Virus record (IMG/VR): IMGVR_UViG_3300037466_003648
Location: 128,001 to 192,000 of that record
Length of the DNA: 64,000 nucleotides
Strand: one strand, 5' to 3'
From: a virus
Taxonomy: Duplodnaviria; Caudoviricetes
Below the pieces are notes generated by a model that saw only the letters and a program-made list of their open reading frames with translations, had not been told where the DNA came from and did no database searches. Positions within the stretch are counted from its first letter, which is position 1. Every line of letters starts with the position of its first letter. Positions 7,701-16,625 of the stretch are shown piece after piece. The position numbers and the translations under genes are program-made.

Positions 7701-10700
7701 GCGGCCCTGCGAGAAACCAATACCTCCTTCGCGCATGCCGTCCATGACGATGCGCAGGTTGCTGTCACCCAACACCTGCGACACGGAGGTTGCACGCGGC
7801 ATGGCCAAACCATGGGCGCCCGTACGCTCCAAGGGTGCGTCGAAGCGCAGACGCGCATCTCCGTGGAATGGGGTTGCGTGTGCGGGCGCCGCGGGACGCA
7901 GCCCGGCCGCGCGTGCCTGCATATCTTCGCGCAGCGCCACCAATTCTGTGCGAACGGGGTCGACGCCGATCATTCCCTGTTGGGTAGAGACGTGGGCAGC
8001 CACCGTTTGTGGAGCCGCCTCGGGCTTGCGCCAGCCCATCACGGTTGCCAACTGGCGTCCGACCATCGACAAGCCCTTACGGGCCAGCTGCGCAGCGGCG
8101 ATCGTGCCAAAGATCAACGTCGTCCCTGCCGCGAGCGTCGCCAGGTACTGCAACGTGGTCTGGTCCGCATTGCCTTGCGTGGGGTTCTTGCTCATGTCCC
8201 GCACGCCGTACGCGATCGGACGACCTGCACTGTCGTGGGTCGTGCCCGTGAAGAAGCCCCGCTCGCCCAGCATCTGGCGGTACTTTGTCTGCACCTGCTC
8301 GGCGCGCTGACGATCGTACCCCATGCGCTCCTGCAGCAGGTCCGCAATGCGGTCACCCCCAAACTTGCTGTCGACGCTGCCCGCGATGGCTTCCTGCAAC
8401 GCCTTGAACTGGGGGCTGGGGGCCGCCGTGCCGAACGGATGGAAGATCGCGTCGATCTTGCGACCGGGAATGAAGCTGTTCATTTCCGCTGCCGTCTGGA
8501 CCGTCTTGTTGCTGTTGTCCGCGAACTTACCATCACCAATGTAGGTGAACCAGTGCCGTCCGCTGGAGGGGTTCATCGACATCGGATCGGAGCCGGGCAC
8601 GAAGGTCGCGTACAGCACGTCGCCGACGTGCACGCCACCCGTTGCCACCAGGGTGCTGAGCTGAGAGATCGGCACGCCGCGGTGCGCCAGGTCAGCGGGA
8701 ACATCCGTGCGGATGTCCTTGCCGCCCATGCGCATGATCAGGTGACGCGAGTACTGGAAGCATTCGTGCGCGGTCGCAACGAACGGGCCGTTGAGGTGTG
8801 CAATCATCTGCTCGCGAGAAGGTGCCGCACTGGGCGGCTGAATGCCCGCGGCTTCTAGGATCGCATCCGCCTTCTGCTGCGGCGTGGCGATGCGACCCAG
8901 GCTCGCGTTCAGCTTCTTGCTCCAGTAGCCGGGATCGTCTTGTGGGAGCCAACGGCTCTCGTTGTAGAGGTTGGCACGCACGCGACCGGCCATGGTCTGT
9001 GCGATCGCAGGAGACAGCCCCGCACGCTCGACCATGAACTTGTCCAAGCTTCCCTTGTAGCCACCCTTCATGTACTCCGGCAGCACGCGCTCCAAGGTGG
9101 ACTGCTGCTCCTTGGTTAGCAGTGGCTTGTCCTGCGCGACCGAACTCGGTGCCAGGGTGCGAATCTCGCGGATCGTCTGCTCGATGTGGCTGCCGTACGT
9201 GCGGTCGGTCGCGTAGATGCCCGTGATGTTGTAGCCGAAGGCAACGGCATTGTGGTCCTTCTTGTACTGGGCCAACGCCTGTGCGTAGACGGGGTTCTGT
9301 ACGAACAGCTTGCCGTGCGCCACCATCGCCTCTTCCAGCGAACCGTAGTTGGCGAAGTCCGCGTACGTGGTCACGCGCCGACCGCCGACGTCTTCCCAGG
9401 TCTTGAGGTGCAAGCTGCCCCGCGAGCCACGACCCTTGATGCCGAACAGGTTAAAGTCGCCGATCTTGGAAGCGCCCCAACCAGATTCCCACGCCGCCTG
9501 AGCCAGTGTCACTTCGGCCGGTACACCGTACAGCTTCTCAGTCATCTCGGCACCGGCGCGCAGGCTCGCGACGAAGCCCGCCGCTCCCTGACCCAGGTGC
9601 GTACGAGGCGCGTTCGCCAACAACACCGCGTTGCGCATGTCGGTGCCGCTCGCGGGCTTGATGACCTCGCCCGTGAAAGGCTTCTGTGGGCGACCGCGAC
9701 CAGTGGTCCCAATCGTCGCGTCACCACCCACGAACCCACCGTAGGCATGACCCGTGCGATGCCAAACACCACCCAGGATGCCGGTTTCGTAGATCAAGCC
9801 GCGGCGCAGCAGCTCGCCTTGGATGATGCTGTCGGGACCGGACGCCGACCGGTAGCGGAAGGCACGCGCTGCCTGGGCGTTACCCAACCCACCCGTGCCG
9901 CGACCCCGTTGCATGTAGAGCGACTTGAGGCTGTAGTCGTGGGCGGGCATGTCGTTGCCACCCTCCATCAGCCCCAGCGCGTCGCGACCGACCATGTCCA
10001 GCACGGTCTCGTGACCCATCGCACCCGACAGGCGCAGACGCTCCTGTTGGGCGAAGGCCAACGCCCCCGCGTCCATCATCCAGCCAGTGCCGCCACCCTC
10101 CGGCGTGGCCGAGTTACGGCCCCAGAAGATCGGGCTTGCCTGCGCCCACAAGGGCGACAGCGAGAAGCTCCACCCTTCCTGGTTCGCCTTCGCCGCCTCG
10201 AAGAGATTGCCCGGCGCGAGCATAGGACCGATAAAGTTGGCGGTGCCGATCAGGAAGCTCGCAAAGCCGGTCGGCTGCGTCTGTCCCTTGGGCGTCAGCG
10301 TACGTGCCAGTCCGTAGAGTGAACCGGTGACATTCGCCTGCAGCCCAATCGCGGCACGGCTGATGGCATTGCCTACCATCGACGAGCCGGGGATCGAGGC
10401 TGCCGCGCGACCGCTGGCACTCACCACGGACGTCATGGTCGTGCCCAGCGAGGTCGAAGCCCGCTCCGCCCAATTGCGCTCTTCGGGGCGCTTGCTCAGC
10501 GCGCTCTCCGAGAGGTGGTGCTGCGCCATCATGCCGCCGAAGCCCAACGCGGCGAGGCCACCACCCACCAACAACGCAGGCAATCCCACCAAACCGAAGT
10601 AGCCAACAGCCGCGGCGCCCGCCACGGCGCTGCCACCCAAGAACAGTTCGGCCGTCAGCGAGGCACCACCCGCCTCCGCGAACTTCTCCTTCTGCTCCGT

Positions 10701-13700
10701 CGTCAGGAAGTCCGACGACTGGGCGGCCATGCCCGTCGCCACCTGGGCGATCGAGAGTCCTTGCATGACACGACCAAAGCCGTCAAAGGCACCCAACCCC
10801 AGACCCACAGCACCGGCAGCACCCCGACGCAGGTAGCCGGGTGCCGTGGACTTGATCTCGGTCAGGCGAGCTTCCACCGCCGCGCGATGCGCCGCGTAGC
10901 CGCCGGTCGGATCGTTGCGGAAGAGGTAGTCCGCGGGCTTGGTCGTGGCGCCGGGGATGTGCATCCCTGGTGTGTGGGGTGTGAAGGCGGGCTCCAAACC
11001 GGCTCCCGCAACCACGTTCTTGGCGAGTCCCGCGCCTGTCATCCCTGCCTCGCGGAACACCGCGTTCATGTCGATCGGTGCGGTGCCCGCGATCGTACCG
11101 AACTCGTTGAGCATGCGACGCATGATCTGCTCGTACTCGCTCATGAGATCGTCGGTGATCGCGGCCGTCGACGTCGTGGGCAGGCGCAGACCCAGGTCGC
11201 CGATGGCCTTCTGGGTCTCGAACCACGCCGCACTGGGCATGTGACCTGCAGGCATCGAGGTCGGGTGCAGCTTGTCCAACACGTCGAGCACACGTCCCAG
11301 CGACGCACCCATAGCACCCGCCGTGCGGATCTGGGGCAGACCCTCGTAACGCGCGAGCAGCGTGTTGAAGCTTCGCTCAACGAGCTTCGCCTTGTCGCGT
11401 CCGGCCATCACCGTACCGCGAGGATCGGTGCTGTCGGCAAAAGGACGGCCTTGGTAGTCGCCGTAAGCGCGCAACCCATCGCCACCCATCACGGGCAGGT
11501 CGACGCGGTACAGCCCCGCCTTGTTACCGGACAGTGTCCAATGGGGATGGGCGCCCGGACCATGCGGCGCCTCTGGCGAGAGCAGCACGCCGTGCGTCTT
11601 CGCCTGGTGCGTGGGCATGTAGCGCTCGACACGCTCCTGCCAGGTCTCGCGCTCGCCACGCACCCCACGCCAGGCAGCGAACATGGGACGCGCCATGAAG
11701 TGTGCTGCAAACGGTACCGCCGCCAGCGCACCCACCGCCGCGGCGCCCACCAGTGTCGTGGGGTTGGCGAGCCAGTTGACCTGGTACTCGCTCAGCGTGC
11801 GTGCGCCGGTCGGGATGCCCAGCAGGGTGCCTTCCTCCGTGCGAGGTGCTCCCATCAATGCGGCAATGTCGTCTTCGGCCTCCACGTCGCTCGTGCCGGT
11901 GCGATCGGCCTGACGCTGCCCCGCGTACGTCTTGCTGAAGTCCGCCTGGTCCAGCGCTCCGGCCTTGCGCCAGATACCGCCCATCAGGTTGCCCCAGCGG
12001 AACTGCTGGGTCACGCCACCGTCCATACCTCGCACTTGTGCGGTGTAGGTAACTTGGTGCAAGAACGCGGGCTTCGCGCCACCCGGCAAGAACTCGCCGC
12101 GGTAGCGACGGTACTCCGACGGCCACATGCCCAGTGCCGCACGCGACTCGTTGTAGCGCACGGCCATGGCCAGCTTGAGTGCGGGGTCCGCTTCGTACAT
12201 GGGCGAACCCGGCATGAACATGCGACCCATGAATGCGGCGCGCTTGCGGCCGACCCATTCGGTCTCCAACACCTTGCGGGAGCCCCCGATCGCGGCAGCC
12301 AATTGCGAGTCGATCTCACCCGACGACTTGGTGCGCGTGACGTGCCAACCCGTGTTGTAACCGATCGACATGAGTCCGCCGAAGAACATCTTCGTGATCT
12401 TCCAGGTCGCCATCTCCATCGAGTCGGGACCCGTCTGCTTGAACGCAGCGTGCAGACCCAAGTCGCTGTAGGCTTCCGCCGTCATGAAGAACTCTTCGGG
12501 CTTGCCCATGCCGACGGTCTGCTTGGCCGCGCGGTTGAGCATGTCCCAGATACCCAGGTAACCCGGACGGAAGCGGCCCTTGTCACCCGCCGCGCCCGAC
12601 TCGGCCGAGAGCGAGTCCGTGGGACCCGCCGCGAAGCGACGCGCTTCCTGTGGATCGATCGGGGCGGCCACGTTCTTGAGGTCGACGGTCTCGCCGAAGA
12701 GTCGGCTCGCCGAGTTGCCGATCAACGGGATCGCCTTGAGCATCTGGCGGTAGCCGCCCATCTGCTCGCGGTAGCCCTGAGGGTCACCTGTGCTCATCGC
12801 CCGTGCAAAGGCGTAGCCGGTGTAGCCCATGAACAGACCCACGGCGCCACGGGCACCCACACGGTAGCCCCGCGTCAGCTGACCGGTGCGGCGCGTCAAC
12901 TCGTTGACCCAGCCCACGTTGCCGCGGGTGATGCCCTGTGCAGCCACCGTGAAGCCCGCGTTCAGCGCGCGAGGTACCAGGGTCAGGGGCAGCTCGGCCA
13001 GCTCGTTCGCCAGTCCGAAGCCCACCGCCCCCATGCCATAGGCGAACTTGGCGATGCCCCGAGACTTGACCATGCGCTCGGCCATCCCGCGGTTCATGTT
13101 GCCCAGCATACTGAACCCCGAGCCGCGCATCTCGCCCGTACGGATGTAGGCGGCAACGTTGCGTCCCGCATCGAGCAGGCTGCCCCCGTTGCGTGCGAAC
13201 AGCCCCGCCCCGGCGTAGGCACCCAGAGGCGCAAAGCCGTAGGTCGTGGCGAGACCGACACCAATCATTCCAGCACCCAAGCGGACCGAAGCTTCCCAGT
13301 TGGTGTTGGGCTCGTAGCCGAAGCTCATGCCGAAGCGCACGGCATTCGCCGTCCAGCCGTCCTCGCCGCCGGTCGCGTCGATGAGGGCACGCAGGGCGCC
13401 GTCCATCGGGATCTCTTCTTCGTTCTTGTGGTCTCGGTACCAATCCCGGAAGCCCTTGCGACCGCGCAGATCGGAGTAGTAGTACGGGAGCTTGACACTG
13501 CCGTGGATGCCCGACGGCATGCCCAGCATCGCCGTCAGCATGAAGGTGGTCTTGCCACCCTCGACGACGGCGCCGCCCCAGACCGAGCCCAGGGGCAGGT
13601 AACCAATACGCATACCGTACGCCAGCGACAGCGAGACCTGTGCCTTGTCGGCCTGACCCGCCCATTGCTGCGCCATGTCGAGCGTCGCCCGGATGGCACC

Positions 13701-16622
13701 CAGTTCTGCCTGGTCACGAGGACCGGCGCCAGCTGCCACCAGCTTTTCCATGCGCCCCAACGACATGCGCTCCGTCTCGTTGACCATCATCGTGGTCGCC
13801 ATGGTCTTGGTGACGACCTTGTACATGAGGTCTTCACGACTGGCCATGAACGACATGGTCATGTCGCGCTGCATCGCGGTCAGGCGATCGACAAAGTACC
13901 CGGCGATGCCAGACGCCGACCAGTCTCGCAGACCCGCACGCTCCACCTCGCGGTAGGGGTTGTAGCCCCGCAGGTCGCTCGCCACCGAGACCATCTTGGT
14001 CGCGCGCTGGGCAGCCCCCAATGGGTTGAAGGGGTTCATCGACATCCCGGCAACGAACTGGGCACCCCAACTCAAGCCGGTGCTCAGCCCCACCGCGAGC
14101 GCGGGCATGATGTCCAGGATACCCGCCAACCCGCTGCGCGGTGCCAGGTCGGCCCAGCCAAAGTTGGTGACCGTCCCCGCCGCCCCGTGCAGCGTGTTCT
14201 CGCGGTCGATCTGGGTCTCCAGGGTCTCGCGCTTGGCAGACGCCAGCATGCCATAAGCGTGGGTCGCCACCGCGCCGACAAACAGTGCCTGGACGCCACG
14301 ACGGGCCAAGGCACGTCCGGGAGTCAGGCCGGTCTCGCCGTAGAGGTGTCCATAGGAACGCGCGAATTGACCTTGTGCGTGGGCATCACGCCACAGCTCT
14401 TGGGCGCGCGACCAGTCGCCCCGCAGCGCCGCACCCCACCCCGCGCGGCGTGTCGCGCGCATCCCCGCGATGTGAGGGTTTGGTGCCAGGTTGAGCACGT
14501 CGGCGACGAGCCCGCCACCCGGCAGCTCGCGAATGAAGCGATTGGCAACTTGGTTGACCGCCCGAAAACGCTCGTGCAGCGTCATGCGCTTGGCGTCGTG
14601 CTCGATCTCGTAGATCGTGTGAACATGCCCGCTAGGCAGCGTCACCGTCTTGACGTTGATCTTGCCGCCGCGCTGACGACGCAGGTCGAGCGCGAGTTGG
14701 CGGTCGGTGACCTGGACCTTCTTGAGCGACGACTTGTGGTCGTACACGCCCATGACATCGTCGATGAACTTGCGGCCAACGTCCCCCGCTACCGCCCCGT
14801 AGGCTTCGCGCTGGACGCCCCACAAACCCTTGGAGATGCCCGCGTGCACGTCCATCGCGTACTCGCCCGCCTGACCAGCCGCCACCGTCGCGTCACGCAC
14901 GAACGCCGACACCGGGCCATGCACGGGCGCGTTCAGCACCCGATCCCCGATGGTACGACTGATCCGCCCCATCCCGGAAGCCGCCCGCGCACCGATCTCG
15001 GCCATGAACATGGTCGACCGGATCAAGCCGATGTTCATTCCCAGGTTGAAGAGCGTGTCGTCTACCCAACGAGCGCCATCGGCATAGGTGCCCTCCGCCT
15101 TCGCGTCGATCGGACGGTAGTCGGCAGAGCCGTAAACCCGCAGCTGCTCGTCTTGATGGTTCCGACGATCGATCTGGGCGCCCAGGTTGACCAGCAGCGA
15201 GCCCAACGGCCCGCGGTTACCGCGTGCCTCGGTCAGCTCGCTCGCCGTGGCCGCCCAGCCACTGCCGAAGCGCTGGTTGACGTAGTCCGTGATCTGACCG
15301 CGCCACAGCTCGCCGAAGGTGGGCAGCATTGCCTCGCGGTCGCTTCGCGTGATGACGTCCGGCATGGACGACGGCAACTGCCCCTCGTGTCCACCTGCGT
15401 ACATCTCGGTGTAGAGGTGGCGATAGAAGCGCCCGGCCGAACGCATCGGGTTGACGAACGATCCCTGCTCGTGCGTGGCCGCTGCCCACGCGTACGCCTT
15501 GCGCGTGTCGGCATCGAAGATGACCTGGGGGTCCACGACGTACTGCCACGCCTTGCGTTGGCCGCCCAGCGAGATGCCGTGCAGGGGCATCATCGACGGC
15601 ATGAAGGTGCCCAACTTCGTGAACGGCATGCGCAACTGCTCGCCCGCACCGAAGTCGAAGTTGGACTGAACCTGACGAGCGATGTCGGCTGCCACACGGG
15701 CATCGCGGGCGTGCAGCATCACTTCGGTGGAGCGCTCGCCGTTGTAGCCTTCCACCGCGGTCTTGGAGAAGCGCATGGAGCCCACCATGTAGGTGTCACC
15801 CATGGCGATGACGTTGGCGTGCCACGGGCGGTTGCCCCAACCCACATGCAGGTTGGTCAGCGTGCGTCCTGCCGCCGTTAGCTTCTGGAACGCACGACCC
15901 TCGTTATTGATGTCTTGCTGGTTCAGACCACCCAAGCCCACGTAGACCTGATCGCCGCGGCGCGCCTTCTGGATGATCGAGTCCAGGACGTGCGGATCGG
16001 AGAGCGTGGCCGACGCGATGTACAACGCTGCGTGGTTACCCCGATCCCCGATGATGCGGCTCAGCACGTCCAGCGCGGTGCCCGTGTCCTTGGGACTGGC
16101 GACCAGCAGATTCTGGGTCGAGACCGGCGCACGACCAGCAGCGATCGCGCCCAGCACCGTGTCCATCTGGCGGACGAGGTTGGCATCGCGGGTTGCCACG
16201 AAGTAGTTGAACTGGGTCTTGTCCTGGCCGGAGAAGCGGCTGTACTCCGGCAGCGTCGCCATGCCCAAACCCGTCTTGGTCATGTTGGCGGTGCCAACGA
16301 ACATCACACGATCGCCGGTCGGGCTCGTGAACTCGCCGACCTTGGCGTGCAGACGCGAGCCGAAGGTCTTGCGATCGGCTTCGATCAGGTTCGTGTGACC
16401 CTTCAGGGTCTCGTAGGCTTGGGGGTTGGACCACTTCGCGGTGGTGCGCTCCGAACCCACGATGCGACCGCCGCCGGACAGAACCGAACGCGTGAGCCGG
16501 TTGTCCTCCACCTCGTAAGTGGTCATGACCGAACGCGACGACATACCGAGCAGGCTCAGTCGAGCCTGCTCGTCATCCCGGCCAAACCAGGTAGGCGAGG
16601 TGCGATCGTCGAAGGTGGGCAT
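4704..16622 (-). CDS. giant tape-measure-like virion protein with PLD, GH73 glucosaminidase and NlpC/CHAP-like domains (3972 aa)
   Basis: Ala/Gly-rich helical body with hydrophobic segments; HAK...GTAN PLD motif; AQAAWESGWG...NLFGIKG GH73 motif; ECFQYS...RHWFTYIG Cys/His pair. Confidence 0.75.
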   Translation of the reverse strand: MPTFDDRTSPTWFGRDDEQARLSLLGMSSRSVMTTYEVEDNRLTRSVLSGGGRIVGSERTTAKWSNPQAYETLKGHTNLIEADRKTFGSRLHAKVGEFTSPTGDRVMFVGTANMTKTGLGMATLPEYSRFSGQDKTQFNYFVATRDANLVRQMDTVLGAIAAGRAPVSTQNLLVASPKDTGTALDVLSRIIGDRGNHAALYIASATLSDPHVLDSIIQKARRGDQVYVGLGGLNQQDINNEGRAFQKLTAAGRTLTNLHVGWGNRPWHANVIAMGDTYMVGSMRFSKTAVEGYNGERSTEVMLHARDARVAADIARQVQSNFDFGAGEQLRMPFTKLGTFMPSMMPLHGISLGGQRKAWQYVVDPQVIFDADTRKAYAWAAATHEQGSFVNPMRSAGRFYRHLYTEMYAGGHEGQLPSSMPDVITRSDREAMLPTFGELWRGQITDYVNQRFGSGWAATASELTEARGNRGPLGSLLVNLGAQIDRRNHQDEQLRVYGSADYRPIDAKAEGTYADGARWVDDTLFNLGMNIGLIRSTMFMAEIGARAASGMGRISRTIGDRVLNAPVHGPVSAFVRDATVAAGQAGEYAMDVHAGISKGLWGVQREAYGAVAGDVGRKFIDDVMGVYDHKSSLKKVQVTDRQLALDLRRQRGGKINVKTVTLPSGHVHTIYEIEHDAKRMTLHERFRAVNQVANRFIRELPGGGLVADVLNLAPNPHIAGMRATRRAGWGAALRGDWSRAQELWRDAHAQGQFARSYGHLYGETGLTPGRALARRGVQALFVGAVATHAYGMLASAKRETLETQIDRENTLHGAAGTVTNFGWADLAPRSGLAGILDIMPALAVGLSTGLSWGAQFVAGMSMNPFNPLGAAQRATKMVSVASDLRGYNPYREVERAGLRDWSASGIAGYFVDRLTAMQRDMTMSFMASREDLMYKVVTKTMATTMMVNETERMSLGRMEKLVAAGAGPRDQAELGAIRATLDMAQQWAGQADKAQVSLSLAYGMRIGYLPLGSVWGGAVVEGGKTTFMLTAMLGMPSGIHGSVKLPYYYSDLRGRKGFRDWYRDHKNEEEIPMDGALRALIDATGGEDGWTANAVRFGMSFGYEPNTNWEASVRLGAGMIGVGLATTYGFAPLGAYAGAGLFARNGGSLLDAGRNVAAYIRTGEMRGSGFSMLGNMNRGMAERMVKSRGIAKFAYGMGAVGFGLANELAELPLTLVPRALNAGFTVAAQGITRGNVGWVNELTRRTGQLTRGYRVGARGAVGLFMGYTGYAFARAMSTGDPQGYREQMGGYRQMLKAIPLIGNSASRLFGETVDLKNVAAPIDPQEARRFAAGPTDSLSAESGAAGDKGRFRPGYLGIWDMLNRAAKQTVGMGKPEEFFMTAEAYSDLGLHAAFKQTGPDSMEMATWKITKMFFGGLMSIGYNTGWHVTRTKSSGEIDSQLAAAIGGSRKVLETEWVGRKRAAFMGRMFMPGSPMYEADPALKLAMAVRYNESRAALGMWPSEYRRYRGEFLPGGAKPAFLHQVTYTAQVRGMDGGVTQQFRWGNLMGGIWRKAGALDQADFSKTYAGQRQADRTGTSDVEAEDDIAALMGAPRTEEGTLLGIPTGARTLSEYQVNWLANPTTLVGAAAVGALAAVPFAAHFMARPMFAAWRGVRGERETWQERVERYMPTHQAKTHGVLLSPEAPHGPGAHPHWTLSGNKAGLYRVDLPVMGGDGLRAYGDYQGRPFADSTDPRGTVMAGRDKAKLVERSFNTLLARYEGLPQIRTAGAMGASLGRVLDVLDKLHPTSMPAGHMPSAAWFETQKAIGDLGLRLPTTSTAAITDDLMSEYEQIMRRMLNEFGTIAGTAPIDMNAVFREAGMTGAGLAKNVVAGAGLEPAFTPHTPGMHIPGATTKPADYLFRNDPTGGYAAHRAAVEARLTEIKSTAPGYLRRGAAGAVGLGLGAFDGFGRVMQGLSIAQVATGMAAQSSDFLTTEQKEKFAEAGGASLTAELFLGGSAVAGAAAVGYFGLVGLPALLVGGGLAALGFGGMMAQHHLSESALSKRPEERNWAERASTSLGTTMTSVVSASGRAAASIPGSSMVGNAISRAAIGLQANVTGSLYGLARTLTPKGQTQPTGFASFLIGTANFIGPMLAPGNLFEAAKANQEGWSFSLSPLWAQASPIFWGRNSATPEGGGTGWMMDAGALAFAQQERLRLSGAMGHETVLDMVGRDALGLMEGGNDMPAHDYSLKSLYMQRGRGTGGLGNAQAARAFRYRSASGPDSIIQGELLRRGLIYETGILGGVWHRTGHAYGGFVGGDATIGTTGRGRPQKPFTGEVIKPASGTDMRNAVLLANAPRTHLGQGAAGFVASLRAGAEMTEKLYGVPAEVTLAQAAWESGWGASKIGDFNLFGIKGRGSRGSLHLKTWEDVGGRRVTTYADFANYGSLEEAMVAHGKLFVQNPVYAQALAQYKKDHNAVAFGYNITGIYATDRTYGSHIEQTIREIRTLAPSSVAQDKPLLTKEQQSTLERVLPEYMKGGYKGSLDKFMVERAGLSPAIAQTMAGRVRANLYNESRWLPQDDPGYWSKKLNASLGRIATPQQKADAILEAAGIQPPSAAPSREQMIAHLNGPFVATAHECFQYSRHLIMRMGGKDIRTDVPADLAHRGVPISQLSTLVATGGVHVGDVLYATFVPGSDPMSMNPSSGRHWFTYIGDGKFADNSNKTVQTAAEMNSFIPGRKIDAIFHPFGTAAPSPQFKALQEAIAGSVDSKFGGDRIADLLQERMGYDRQRAEQVQTKYRQMLGERGFFTGTTHDSAGRPIAYGVRDMSKNPTQGNADQTTLQYLATLAAGTTLIFGTIAAAQLARKGLSMVGRQLATVMGWRKPEAAPQTVAAHVSTQQGMIGVDPVRTELVALREDMQARAAGLRPAAPAHATPFHGDARLRFDAPLERTGAHGLAMPRATSVSQVLGDSNLRIVMDGMREGGIGFSQGRFRSPDRGDHPSFTPEYNRVNAAPRRDLHPRLLGRGVMNTDHIVAFQHKGVWSLPWGHSKNDVLGALFNGTHAPHTDPVRKQLTVLRQQMETGGVGRANAVATPDVIELPGRVLPHRGPDGRFRPAPAGQRGGMLPILDRLVNDHGYRWTTGRERFGFMPVEGESYPTHPDLVEMTYGVVPRRPRFRPDPIMQPGRYRDPSTGRFAVRPTPTMHLIEDAMAMAESRVPGSLSTRTVSLLARNGATYGPGLSMLHPDQPAPATRQPIGYELLRGRGLTMGGGLSVAAAPLEESASAARTYSRGMGLRSLQTRTAPLLLGPGVTAEPITRGRLNGAVTPEVIALGAPANPLVLGMGTPATSQIRGRLNGAHTPDLIALGPVNADPLLLGPGTVAAPRGRLNTAVTPGVIPLGSTPQLLLGSGATAAVRGRPNTAVAPAVIPLGPVPGPGRAPNTFAGLRGTLALSAAFAALDINTLSDSTSSPEERSRATWNLGMVTTSTALHALGQLATATGHAAHWMGQKLSRGMRVLGRVATWAASKAFGRVSMGLAVGWDALQTVFGTSQTQRREAGLNVVSGATGMYTGSLAFGAAAAGTAGLIAAGVITAPAWAPVAAGLGAAVVAGGATVWGINKINTATKGLLTNTVGTVASAPGEVLRWIGRASVPSFVRYQGQFWAGLGRHDNSYMGAMTESSFTSHELNRYRFALEESAKRKTHSIEYADYVSTSQRGIDVEAEKLAIGRALVRPAVIQGVPYYRVMDTYKFQRMPGNWQTGLARAVFEAFPQASGGLSPYARDEDKYNQVTTHLSDYAKAAWANKKKGLEVLMGAAGSWHYERTFQTDLLVPQSPMRQADRDMVEFWRRNHPSPDLVVQNLQMRERVRKDREGENTHPPLVLAPDILEQMSPLPKPPSLAPKNAKKKMVVTLQTNTPQGRQGSNDSANKAQPKPRPTVTVKGGRAQIKGHTPSPHAARADVAPPTPTRSGVLDRASNVVYDALVHTGWF

Positions 16623-16625
16623 GCG

